In this document: positions 18,882 to 27,976 of the stretch, piece after piece
Numbering within the stretch: position 1 is the stretch's first letter
How the letters are laid out: the number at the start of each line of letters is the position of its first letter
NCBI GenBank assembly: GCA_964554495.1
Contig: CAZKOY010000002.1
Coordinates: forward strand, 15,408-79,407
Direction: 5' to 3'
From: an uncultured Myxococcales bacterium
Lineage (GTDB): Bacteria > Myxococcota_A > Polyangia > Palsa-1104 > JAEUJZ01
Length of the DNA stretch: 64,000 nt
Notes under the pieces: model-generated
The model's input: only the letters and a program-made list of their open reading frames with translations
Database searches by the model: none
Told to the model about the DNA's origin: nothing
Made by a program: the position numbers and the translations under genes

Positions 18882-20675
18882 ATGAGCAGGGTTGTTCTCG
18901 GACTAAACGCCTATCATGCAGACGCGAGCGCCGCTCTCTTCGTCGACGGCGTTCTGCGCTATGCGATCGAAGAAGAACGACTGAATCGTCGCAAGCACTG
19001 CGGAGGATTTCCTGAACAAGCGGTGCAAGCGTGTATGCAGCTTGCTGGTCTGCACGCAGCCGACATCGATCACATCGCCGTCTCGCGTGACAGCCGAGCG
19101 CTGCTCGCGCGCAAAGCACTCTACATCGGTGAGCGCGCACTCCGAGCACTGACGGACAGCTCTGCTGAGCGTGCTCGCTTCTTGGCGGCCTTGTCGCAGC
19201 GAATCGACAACCGCAAGCGCTTGCATCGCTTGGCCCACGACCTAGAGCAGTCGTTGGGCTCCTTGTCATCGCGGACACTGCTACATCCCATCGAACATCA
19301 CCGCGCGCACCTAGCCAGCGCTTTCTTTTGTTCCAACTTTGCAGAGGCAGCCGTGCTGTCCGTCGATGGCTTCGGTGACTTCTCGTCGACGATGTGGGCG
19401 GTCGGACAAGACCGGCAGCTGCAGATCCAAAATGGCGTCCATTTTCCTCACTCGCTAGGCGTGCTGTACACGGCCGTGACCCAGTGGCTCGGTTTCCGCA
19501 AGTACGGCGACGAGGGCAAGATCATGGGCCTGTCGGCCTACGGACAGCCGACCCTCCTTCCCCGTCTGCGCACTCTAGTGAACCTGCGTCCTGATGGGAC
19601 CTTCGCACTGAACCTTTCGTACTTCCGCCACCATCGCGAAGGCGTCGACATGAGCTTTGGATCTGACACGCCCCACGTCGGACTTCTGTACAGCCCGGCC
19701 CTGTGCGATCTGCTGGGCAGTCCGCGCCCAGCCGGACCCGGTATCGAGGAGGAGCCTTACTATTGCGACATAGCGGCCAGCCTACAGGCTCTTTTGAATG
19801 AGGCCATGGTCCACATCTGCCGGCACCTGCAGCGACGAACCAAGCAGAAGAATCTCTGCCTCGCTGGCGGTGTCGCACTCAACTGCGTCGCCAATGCAGC
19901 GATTCTTGAGCAGACCGACTTCCAAGATCTCTTCATCCAACCTGCCGCAGGAGACAACGGCACAGCCATCGGCGCCGCGCTATGGGTCGAGCACCAAGTC
20001 CTTAATCAGCCACGGCGCTTTGTCATGCGCCACGCCTATACCGGACCCACCTTCGACGATGCCGCGTGCCAGCACGCTCTAGATGCGTGGCTAGCGACTC
20101 AGCCAACCAGTCTGCGCATCGAGAGGCTCACCGACGAAGCGCGCTGTGTCCGCACCGCCGCCGCGATCGCCCAAGGTGCCGTCGTCGGCTGGTTCGCCGG
20201 AGCCATGGAGTTTGGCCCCCGCGCTCTCGGGCACCGCAGCATCCTGTGCGATCCGCGCCGCGCGGACATGAAAGATCGGCTGAACCGACGCATCAAACAC
20301 CGCGAGCCGTTTCGCCCCTTTGCCCCTGCCATCCTGGCCGAGCGTGTTCACGAGTGGTTCGAGCGCGGAACACCCTCGCCGGCCATGCTTCTTGTCGATC
20401 GCGTTCGCCCAGAAAGGCGGGCGCTGGTGCCAGCGATCACTCATCGCGATGGCACCGGCCGCCTGCAGACGGTCTCCGCCGAGACCTGTCCCCTTTTCCA
20501 CCGCCTGCTGCTTGCCTTCGAACGAACGACCGATGTTCCGATCGTGCTCAATACCTCGTTCAATGAGCATGAGCCGATTGTCTGCACCCCCATGGATGCG
20601 CTGCGCTGTTTCGCCAAGACGCACATGGATGTGCTCGTCCTGGGCCCCTTCTTTATCGAGCGCCCCCCCCTATAG
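18882..20675 (+). CDS. Carbamoyltransferase (NodU/CmcH family)
   Basis: N-terminal VLGLNAYHADASAALFVDG...AIEEERLNRRKH. About 600 aa with C-terminal ...VLNTSFNEHEPIV typical of the family. Confidence 0.75.
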   Translation: MSRVVLGLNAYHADASAALFVDGVLRYAIEEERLNRRKHCGGFPEQAVQACMQLAGLHAADIDHIAVSRDSRALLARKALYIGERALRALTDSSAERARFLAALSQRIDNRKRLHRLAHDLEQSLGSLSSRTLLHPIEHHRAHLASAFFCSNFAEAAVLSVDGFGDFSSTMWAVGQDRQLQIQNGVHFPHSLGVLYTAVTQWLGFRKYGDEGKIMGLSAYGQPTLLPRLRTLVNLRPDGTFALNLSYFRHHREGVDMSFGSDTPHVGLLYSPALCDLLGSPRPAGPGIEEEPYYCDIAASLQALLNEAMVHICRHLQRRTKQKNLCLAGGVALNCVANAAILEQTDFQDLFIQPAAGDNGTAIGAALWVEHQVLNQPRRFVMRHAYTGPTFDDAACQHALDAWLATQPTSLRIERLTDEARCVRTAAAIAQGAVVGWFAGAMEFGPRALGHRSILCDPRRADMKDRLNRRIKHREPFRPFAPAILAERVHEWFERGTPSPAMLLVDRVRPERRALVPAITHRDGTGRLQTVSAETCPLFHRLLLAFERTTDVPIVLNTSFNEHEPIVCTPMDALRCFAKTHMDVLVLGPFFIERPPL

Positions 20676-20687
20676 GCGACTCGTTCC

Positions 20688-21203
20688 CTATCGACTGGAA
20701 GGCTCGACGACCACGCTGATCTGCGTGGCCCGCAGCGCGGCTTCTGCGTCGCGGTCGCGGTGGAAGTGCAGGTCGGGAAGCTGTTTCATCATCACGATAT
20801 CGGCCAAGCGTGCGCGCAAAAACGGAGTCACGCGCAACAGCCCATCGTTGATGGTCTTCTGCTGCGTCTCAAGCAGGACACGCGCTGCTCCGGGAGACAT
20901 TCCGCTGGGCCGCTGTGGCGACGCATCGCGGCGTGCGTAATACACTTTGGCGTTCCGCAGATCCGGGCTTAGCTGCACGCGGGCAATCGTGATGTCTGAA
21001 AGGCGCGGATCGCTGACCTCCAACCGGAACAGGCGATCCAGCTCCTCAAAGATCAGACGTTCCAGGCGCAAAAGCCGCGGTCCCGCTCCACTGGATCCGG
21101 CATCGGCCAAGACGTCATCGACGACAAATGGCGCATCCGCATCCGCTGTTGGTGCTCTGCCAGTGCGCTCTCCGCGCCCCCGCACTCTTTCTTGCTTGCT
21201 CAT
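20688..21203 (-). CDS. rbfA: Ribosome-binding factor A with extended basic N-terminus
   Basis: LERLIFEELDRLFRLEVSDPRLSDITIARVQLSPDLRNAKVYY matches the RbfA core. Start trimmed to the ATG at 21203. Confidence 0.7.
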   Translation of the reverse strand: MSKQERVRGRGERTGRAPTADADAPFVVDDVLADAGSSGAGPRLLRLERLIFEELDRLFRLEVSDPRLSDITIARVQLSPDLRNAKVYYARRDASPQRPSGMSPGAARVLLETQQKTINDGLLRVTPFLRARLADIVMMKQLPDLHFHRDRDAEAALRATQISVVVEPSSR

Positions 21204-21348
21204 GCGTTCTTCATACGACGAAACGCAGCCATCGATAAGAAAACTAGGCCCGGCCGCGCACACAACCCGCGGTACGCAAACGGTATGGCTCGGTGCTCAC
21301 GGACGCGGCGCCCACAGGGCAACCGCCGCATCGCGATGAACGTTCAAG

Positions 21349-21870
21349 CTACGTCGTCCCCGACGGCGTGGCCTGGCACACATTCACCGCCGACTCGGCC
21401 TTCTTGCCAAGCATGATCTCTGCTGGGAAGTACTGCTTGCCGCGCTGCACGAACACCTGTCCGCTCGTCGGGTAGACACAGCCGGTGATCGCGGCTTGCT
21501 GCCAGCAGTCCGCTTTTCGGTTAAACGCCCGACACGAGTCGACGGCAAAGGTTAGATAGGCTCCGCCCTGCGTGTCTTTCTGCGGCTGCGGATCGATCAC
21601 GCGCACACGCATCACCGTCGCTGGCAGCAGCACACGCGAGAAGCGCGAGCGCGTCGACTCTTTTTCTGAAAGCGGTGTCACCAGCTTCGCCTGCACCACC
21701 GACTGGGCCGTTCGCTGTTCGGGTGTAGCAGCCGGCGTTGGCTCTGCGACATTCTGGGCCTGTGCGACGGGAACAGGCACGGCCTTCTTTTCCTGGGCAG
21801 CCTCAGGCGGCAGCGGTTCGGCCGAGACCGGCCACGCCAACAACATCAGACAAAGCGCGAGACGTTTCAT
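21349..21870 (-). CDS. Secreted hypothetical protein (4 Cys)
   Basis: Signal peptide MKRLALCLMLLAWPVSAEP preceded by an AGGAGG RBS. The start lies 68 nt inside the upstream membrane-protein ORF. Confidence 0.55.
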   Translation of the reverse strand: MKRLALCLMLLAWPVSAEPLPPEAAQEKKAVPVPVAQAQNVAEPTPAATPEQRTAQSVVQAKLVTPLSEKESTRSRFSRVLLPATVMRVRVIDPQPQKDTQGGAYLTFAVDSCRAFNRKADCWQQAAITGCVYPTSGQVFVQRGKQYFPAEIMLGKKAESAVNVCQATPSGTT

Positions 21871-22489
21871 GATTCCTCCTCGGCGAAACAAGGACTTCAA
21901 CGAGCAAAAAGCTGAAGACAACCGGCAGCCACAGCGCGATCAGATAGGCCGGCGTCTCGGCGATGTTGCAGGCCGCCAGCCCGACCAACAGCGCTCGCGA
22001 CGTCACTGCCACGCTTAGCTGGGCCAGGACATGCAGGACATAGCGACGATGCCGTGCCATCTGACGAGCCCACGCAGCGCGCAGCCCTTGCACCATCCCC
22101 CATACGACAACAAGGCCCGATGCAACAAAGCCCAGCGTCGATAGCAGGCCGCCTTTGGCCGATAGCGACAAATAAAAGCCCGATGGAGCCAGCGCGAGCA
22201 AGACCGCAGCGCCAACGATCCGCCCCAGCCAGCGATGCAATCGGGGAACGCGGCGCAAAAGCCACTTGGACGTCAAAAGCACGCATCCAGGCAAAGCCAG
22301 CGCTGCCGAGGCCACGTGTGTCCGCAGCGCCAGCAACCACAGCTCCTGCCGTGGCAAGGGTAGCTTTTCGATCAGAAACGCGGGCATCTCTTCGACGAAG
22401 TACGACAGGCTGGCCGTGCTGATCGCAAGCGATCCAAAGATCAGCAGCGAGAGTGTGATGAACCGCACGATCGACAGGCTGCGTGGCAT
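21803..22489 (-). CDS. Integral membrane protein, DUF2306-like
   Basis: Multiple TM helices. ...VPRLHRWLGRIVG... resembles the HRxxGR motif of DUF2306 (recalled from memory). Confidence 0.5.
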   Translation of the reverse strand: MPRSLSIVRFITLSLLIFGSLAISTASLSYFVEEMPAFLIEKLPLPRQELWLLALRTHVASAALALPGCVLLTSKWLLRRVPRLHRWLGRIVGAAVLLALAPSGFYLSLSAKGGLLSTLGFVASGLVVVWGMVQGLRAAWARQMARHRRYVLHVLAQLSVAVTSRALLVGLAACNIAETPAYLIALWLPVVFSFLLVEVLVSPRRNHETSRALSDVVGVAGLGRTAAA

Positions 22490-22539
22490 GCCGCCTATAG
22501 ACGCGCGATGCCGGGAAACGATCTGCGCTTGCGGTCACT

Positions 22540-22556
22540 GTCCGTTCGCGAGGCTG
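22540..22556 (+). promoter_or_regulatory. Candidate SOS/LexA-type operator upstream of recA (GTCCGTTC-N3-AGGCTG)
   Basis: GTCCGTTCgcgAGGCTG. The same 8+6 nt blocks with the same 3-nt gap occur upstream of lexA at 49392..49408. The right part, RYBYGTTC, resembles the right half of the reported Myxococcus LexA box. Confidence 0.3.
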
Positions 22557-22758
22557 TGCCCCCTAAAGCACGCGATCGTCTACGTGTTTTATGTCACTGG
22601 ACATTTGTGTGGGTGTCTTGTTATAGCGCGGGCAACACGGCGAGCACGGGGCAGCCATGACTGCGCAGCGACGACAACCATGCCGCCGAACGGCCCGACT
22701 GCGCCCCCGTTGTCAGCCCCCCGCCGCAAGAATGAGAGTCAAAGGAGACAAACCCGAC

Positions 22759-23919
22759 ATGGCAACCGACAAGAAAGACGAGTCCCGCAGCGCGGGCAAG
22801 GGCAACGGCACCGCGGTTCACAGCCACAGCGAGCGCGAGGCGGCACTGGAAGCCGTCACCAGCAACATCGAAAAACAGTTCGGCACGGGCGCCATCATGC
22901 GCCTGGGCGAAGGCATCGCGCTGCCCGAGGTGCGGGTGATCCCATCGGGCTCGCTGGCCCTCGATATCGCGCTTGGCTGCGGCGGCTTTCCCCGCGGTCG
23001 CATCCTTGAGATCTATGGGCCCGAGTCCTCGGGCAAGACCACGCTGGCCCTGTCGACGATCGCCGAAGCCCAGCGCCGTGGTGGTGTCTGTGCCTTCGTC
23101 GATGCCGAGCATGCCCTCGACGTCAGCTACGCCAAAAAGTTAGGCGTCAAGACCGATGACCTCTTGGTGTCGCAGCCGGATCACGGCGAGCAGGCGCTTG
23201 AGATCACGGACATGCTGGTCCGCTCGGGTGCCGTCGATATCGTCGTCGTCGACTCGGTCGCGGCCTTGGTTCCCAAGGCGGAAATCGAAGGCGAGATGGG
23301 CGATCAACACATGGGCCTGCAGGCCCGCCTGATGTCGCAAGCGCTGCGCAAGCTGACTGGCACCATCGCCAAGTCGAACACGCTGGTCATCTTCATCAAC
23401 CAGATCCGCATGAAGATCGGCGTCATGTTCGGCAACCCCGAGACAACGACCGGCGGCAATGCGCTGAAGTTCTATGCCAGCCAGCGCCTGGATATTCGTC
23501 GCGTCGGCGCCATCAAGCAGGGCGAAAAAGCCGTCGGCAACCGCACCCGCGTCAAGGTCGTGAAGAACAAGCTGGCGCCGCCCTTCCGCGAGGTCGAATT
23601 CGACATCCTGTACGGCGAGGGCATCAGCAAAGAGGGCGACTTGGTTGACCTGGGCGCCGAAGCGGGCGTGCTGGAAAAGGCCGGCGCTTGGTTCGCGTAC
23701 AACGGCGAGCGCATCGGCCAAGGTCGCGAGAACGCCAAGGAATACCTGCGCACGCATCCCGAGATCGCCCAAACCATCGAGGCCGCCATCCTCACCAAGC
23801 ACAGCATCCAGCGCGCCGGGGTCGAAGCCCCTGCCGCCCAAGCCGCGCCGACCCCACCCGCCGCCGAAGCCCCCCCTGCCCCAGCCCGCGGCCGCAAGAC
23901 CGCCGAGGCTCGCGCCTAG
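22759..23919 (+). CDS. recA: Recombinase RecA
   Basis: [76 protein letters not shown] before the ATG at 22759. Confidence 0.97.
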   Translation: MATDKKDESRSAGKGNGTAVHSHSEREAALEAVTSNIEKQFGTGAIMRLGEGIALPEVRVIPSGSLALDIALGCGGFPRGRILEIYGPESSGKTTLALSTIAEAQRRGGVCAFVDAEHALDVSYAKKLGVKTDDLLVSQPDHGEQALEITDMLVRSGAVDIVVVDSVAALVPKAEIEGEMGDQHMGLQARLMSQALRKLTGTIAKSNTLVIFINQIRMKIGVMFGNPETTTGGNALKFYASQRLDIRRVGAIKQGEKAVGNRTRVKVVKNKLAPPFREVEFDILYGEGISKEGDLVDLGAEAGVLEKAGAWFAYNGERIGQGRENAKEYLRTHPEIAQTIEAAILTKHSIQRAGVEAPAAQAAPTPPAAEAPPAPARGRKTAEARA

Positions 23920-24067
23920 CTGACCCCACGGGCCCCCAAGCCAGCGCGGCGACGAGGGCGGGGTCGCGCTGGTGCCAGGTATCGATGCGCAATGCGCCTT
24001 GCGCGCAGATTGACAACAAGCAAGAAGCCCTTCAGCGCGTCCGATATTGCCTATCAGCCAGGCGATA

Positions 24068-24505
24068 TCACTTGTAACGCGATCCCCGAAATTCGAGATT
24101 CCCCATCTCTGTTTCGCGAATTGCGATCACTGCCTTCATCTCCAACGCTCCAGTAGCAACGGACAGCGTTCCCGAGATCCATTTGAACTCGGGAATACCT
24201 GCTATTGCGCACGTGCCACCTGGGCGAAGGCTGGCCTGCAGCGCGGACGCCTCACGATCTGCCTCGATGTTGCACTCTTGTTTGTCGGACTGCACCTGGA
24301 CCGACATATCTGCACTGCTACTGCTATTTCCAATCTTCATCGTGGCAATCGCAGCACGATAAATAAATTCCGGCGAGCTCAATGATCCACCCCACATGCC
24401 GGCGAAAGATCCTGGATCTCCGCAAGCGGATAATACCGACAAAAAGAAGAGCCCAAGCCCATTGAAGAATAGGGCGGTAGTTGGCCGCCGTAATGTGGTC
24501 CACAT
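24068..24505 (-). CDS. Small lipoprotein in a low-GC patch, function unknown
   Basis: MWTTLRRPTTALFFNGLGLFFLSVLSACGDP (lipobox LSAC). The gene body is visibly lower in GC than its flanks. Start chosen at the ATG at 24505. Confidence 0.5.
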   Translation of the reverse strand: MWTTLRRPTTALFFNGLGLFFLSVLSACGDPGSFAGMWGGSLSSPEFIYRAAIATMKIGNSSSSADMSVQVQSDKQECNIEADREASALQASLRPGGTCAIAGIPEFKWISGTLSVATGALEMKAVIAIRETEMGNLEFRGSRYK

Positions 24506-24861
24506 GGTCATTGATGACTCCCAACGATTTGGCTCTGCGGCCAATTTCAGCACCGAGAGCAGAGCGCGCTGCTGCTACGGCTGCCGCTGCTGCCGCTGGA
24601 TGTGTAGTACGCAACAAAGACTGGAAACCTGACTGCCACGCGAAGGTCGGCGCAGGCCCAGGACTCGATGCACGAGTGCCTCGCCGCTCCACTCGCTCTG
24701 CCGCTCTGCCGTCAGAAAGCGCCGCGTCTTCGAGCGCGCCCTCTTGTCAAACACCTTGTCGCTCGATGCCCCAGTCCCCGCAGCCGGCCAGCGCAGCCAA
24801 AGAATCGATGAGACGCCACGCGTGCCAAAAGGGGCAACAGCCCCCAGACCCCCAGACGCTG

Positions 24862-26154
24862 CTAAGGCCGGGTTGAGGTCCACGCTGGATCGTCGGTGAC
24901 CTGCTGCTTCAGCCAGTCGAGCAACCGCACGCCCTGCGCTGTCGTTTTCCCCGGCGAACCAAGGAAGGTGTGGCTGTCGCCCGTCACGAAGTAGTACTTG
25001 AAGCGGCTGCGCGGGGCGATGCGCTTGTCGGCAAGGTCGTACAGGTTGTTCTTGAACACCTGTGGCTGCTGCGCGCCGAAGAACCCGCGGATGACCTTGT
25101 CCTCGGTATACGACAGCAGCGCCATGCGCTCGGTCGGGTACTTCGTGGCCAGGATGTTGATCATGTCCGACAGATCGCTCTGGCAGTTTGCACACAGCGG
25201 ACCGAACGTCGCTTTCAAGTTCCACGACGCATACCACTTGTCGCGTAGATCCTTGGGGATGCCATTTTCGATGAACACCGGCCCGCTGTCGTCGACCAGG
25301 TACACGCGGTTTTCTGGGAAGTAGCTGTGTACCAAGTCATAGCTGCTGGCCGCACCAAAACCCCCGGCGCTGCTGCCGCTGAGCACGACCTTTTCCGGCT
25401 CGGGCAGCGTCGCCGCCACGCGCTTGAGGAACGCCACCAGGTTTGGCCGGCCCTTGTGATGCACGACCTTTTTCTTCCCGAGTCCTTCGTATGTCTGCAC
25501 GGCATCGCCCGAGTGAACATCGCCCGTGCAGTACGGCACAAAGACCATGTTGTAGTCGGCAAAGGGATTGTCCGGCGAGCGGCTGAGGATCGAGTCCGCA
25601 AGGCCGCCGCGCTGCCCTTCAAACTGCGCCTTGCCATACGGCCCATGCGTCGACGTGTTCAGGACCGCGCAGGTCAAATAATCCCAGCAGGCCCCGCCGC
25701 CCATCAGAAAGAACAAGAGGTTCTTGCTGCCGTTCCAGTTGACGCCAATGCCGGTGGTTGTGCCTTCGTCGCAGACCGAGTCGGGGAAGTCGACCCAGGT
25801 CCAGGTGTCCGCCGGCACCGAGAGCGGCATGCCCAGCGGCGGTCGCGGCGGCTTCATCGGATCCATCGGCTTCATCGGATCCATGGGATCCATCGGCTTC
25901 ATCGGATCCATCGGCGGGTTGTTCTGCCCATCGAGCCCGTCTTCGCCGGTTGGCTCGGCAGGCGCACAAGCCATCACCAGCGACAGCGCCACCCACCACG
26001 CACGCCGTCCCGCCCGGCTGTAGCGACGCGGGCCGGTCGGCGGGGTGCCCGCGGTGGTGTGTGTGTCAAAACACGCGCTCAGGTTCAGCTGCACGGCCTG
26101 CGAGGAAGGAACCGGGGACGCCATCTGCCACCTCCGCTGTGGGAAAGGCGGCAT
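24862..26154 (-). CDS. Pectin acetylesterase/Notum-family (PAE-like) serine esterase, probably a lipoprotein
   Basis: LFFLMGGGACWDYLTC, VVLSGSSAGGFGA, VDDSGPVF, GDSHTF match the PAE-family GGGxC / SxSAGG / D / H pattern. N-terminal ...LSLVMACAP lipobox. PMDPMK repeat linker. Confidence 0.7.
   Translation of the reverse strand: MPPFPQRRWQMASPVPSSQAVQLNLSACFDTHTTAGTPPTGPRRYSRAGRRAWWVALSLVMACAPAEPTGEDGLDGQNNPPMDPMKPMDPMDPMKPMDPMKPPRPPLGMPLSVPADTWTWVDFPDSVCDEGTTTGIGVNWNGSKNLLFFLMGGGACWDYLTCAVLNTSTHGPYGKAQFEGQRGGLADSILSRSPDNPFADYNMVFVPYCTGDVHSGDAVQTYEGLGKKKVVHHKGRPNLVAFLKRVAATLPEPEKVVLSGSSAGGFGAASSYDLVHSYFPENRVYLVDDSGPVFIENGIPKDLRDKWYASWNLKATFGPLCANCQSDLSDMINILATKYPTERMALLSYTEDKVIRGFFGAQQPQVFKNNLYDLADKRIAPRSRFKYYFVTGDSHTFLGSPGKTTAQGVRLLDWLKQQVTDDPAWTSTRP
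25852..25914 (-). repeat. In-frame 18-bp tandem repeat (about 3.5 copies) encoding (PMDPMK)n
   Basis: cttcatcggatccatcgg repeated at 25852, 25870 (1 mismatch) and 25897, with a half unit at 25888. Confidence 0.9.
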
Positions 26155-26293
26155 CGTGTCACAGTCCGCCGGGCGTCTCTACCCTCGTTTTGTGCGGAGC
26201 CACCAGGTCCGCTGGCTGAGCAGGCGCAGATATTACATTCATACATGATCGATTCTATTTAATCGACATAAAATCGGAACATAGACAATTTAT

Positions 26294-27736
26294 TTATGTT
26301 GAAATTCCGTTTACCTGGCCGTCTGCAGCGTCGAATAGCGGGATCGTCTCGCCATCCACAGCGACGGCAGCGGACCAGCCCAGGCGTTCTTTGATCAGAC
26401 TGGCTAGGGCCTGCGCCGGACCGGGCTCGCCGTGAACGATATAGGTCTTTTGTGGCGGTGTCGTAAAGCCTAAAAGCCAGCGCATAAGCTCGCTCTGATC
26501 GGCGTGCGCTGACAGCCCATCGATGATCTCAACCTGCGCCCGCACCGGCACCATCTGACCGTGCATGCGAAGCTGTGTCGCACCTTCCAGAAGCGCTCGC
26601 CCGCGCGTCCCGGCCGCTTGATATCCGACGAGCAGGATGGTGTTTCGCGGATCGTCCAGACGCTGACGCAGGTGATGCAGGATGCGACCGCCCGTCATCA
26701 TGCCGTTGCCGGCAATGATCACCATCGGCCCCTTGCGCCCGTTCAGCCACTTCGACTGCTCGACGGTGCGCATCGCGTGGTACTCGCGGCTGTGCAGCGG
26801 GCACGATCCGCTGCGCAGCGCGGCGTCCATCGCTTCGTCGTGCTCTTCGGGAAAGCGCAGGGTTAGCTCGGTGACGTCGATGGCCATCGGGCTGTCGACA
26901 TAGACCGAGATCAGCGGCACCTCGCCGCGGTCTTCAAGCTGCCCCAGCGTCCACAGAAGCTCTTGCACGCGCCCGACGGCAAAGGCCGGAATCAGTACCG
27001 CCCCGCCGCGGTGTGCCGTCTCGCTGATGACACGCGCAAGCTGAGCCGGCGCATCGCTGCGATGGCAGCGATCGCCATACGTCGACTCGATCAGCAGCAC
27101 ATCGCCCTTTGGCACCGGCTCGGGATCGCGCAGAATCGGCCGTCCCCAGCGGCCGAGATCGCCGGAAAAAATCAGCCGCTTGCCAAGGCCTTCCCAAAAC
27201 AGATCCACCGACGCGGAGCCAAGGATATGGCCCGTACGTCGCAGCGTCGCCGACAGGCCCGGCAGCACGGAAAAGCTCTGCGCATAGTCTTGCGGCTGCA
27301 GAAGCGGAAACACCTGCTCGACATCGTCCGCTGAATACAGAGGCAGCGCCGGGTGGTGCTTCGAGTACTGGTGGCGGTTGGCGTACTCGGCTTCTTCTTC
27401 CATCAGTCGGGCCGAATCGGTCAAAAGGATGCGCAACAGCGCTGCCGTCGCCCGCGTGCAGTACACCGGCCCGCGATACCCCCGCCGCACCAAAAGCGGC
27501 AGATACCCTGAGTGATCGATGTGCGCGTGACTTAAGACGATGGCATCGAGGCTGCGCGGCTCAAACGGCGGCTCGCCCCAGTTGCGCAGGCGCAGGTCTT
27601 TCAGCCCCTGGAACAGCCCGCAGTCAAGAAGCAGGCGCTGCCCCGCCCACTCGATCAGGTGCTTGGATCCCGTGACGGTTCCCGCCGCCCCACAGAACGA
27701 GAGCCGCGGCCCCAACGAAGTCGTATCGGCTTGCAT
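26294..27736 (-). CDS. MBL-fold beta-CASP family hydrolase (RNA-metabolising metallo-beta-lactamase)
   Basis: HAHIDHSGYLP (HxHxDH), ESTYGDR, GLSAHADQSELMRWL. About 480 aa, typical of the beta-CASP family. Confidence 0.8.
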   Translation of the reverse strand: MQADTTSLGPRLSFCGAAGTVTGSKHLIEWAGQRLLLDCGLFQGLKDLRLRNWGEPPFEPRSLDAIVLSHAHIDHSGYLPLLVRRGYRGPVYCTRATAALLRILLTDSARLMEEEAEYANRHQYSKHHPALPLYSADDVEQVFPLLQPQDYAQSFSVLPGLSATLRRTGHILGSASVDLFWEGLGKRLIFSGDLGRWGRPILRDPEPVPKGDVLLIESTYGDRCHRSDAPAQLARVISETAHRGGAVLIPAFAVGRVQELLWTLGQLEDRGEVPLISVYVDSPMAIDVTELTLRFPEEHDEAMDAALRSGSCPLHSREYHAMRTVEQSKWLNGRKGPMVIIAGNGMMTGGRILHHLRQRLDDPRNTILLVGYQAAGTRGRALLEGATQLRMHGQMVPVRAQVEIIDGLSAHADQSELMRWLLGFTTPPQKTYIVHGEPGPAQALASLIKERLGWSAAVAVDGETIPLFDAADGQVNGIST

Positions 27737-27901
27737 ATCGGTCTGTCTATCGTAGGCGCCCCAAGCCCATGGAAGCGAGGAGAGATCGTGGCCCGGACAG
27801 CGCAGGCGCGGACGGCTCCATGACAGCGTCCAACGTCTGTGCTTGAGCCCGCTTTCCCGTCGCTGGTCCGCTGCTTCTGTGATCTATTTTTTTCTAGACA
27901 T

Positions 27902-27917
27902 CTGTTCAAATGAACAG
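27902..27917. promoter_or_regulatory. Palindromic operator candidate CTGTTCA-AA-TGAACAG (fits CTGT-N8-ACAG)
   Basis: 7-bp perfect arms inside an AT-rich patch of the divergent MBL/GST intergenic region, 60 nt upstream of the GST ATG. Confidence 0.4.
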
Positions 27918-27976
27918 TATCTCTCTGCCCGCCTCACCAACCGCCGTACCTCGGCGCAATCACAAAGGAGTCCACC

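Noticed and set aside
25327-26262. 311-aa plus-strand ORF containing HRIHRLHRIHGIHRLHRIH repeats.
   Set aside because: The repeat is just the reverse-frame reading of the PMDPMK tandem repeat in the PAE-like gene. The rest is Arg-rich antisense sequence.
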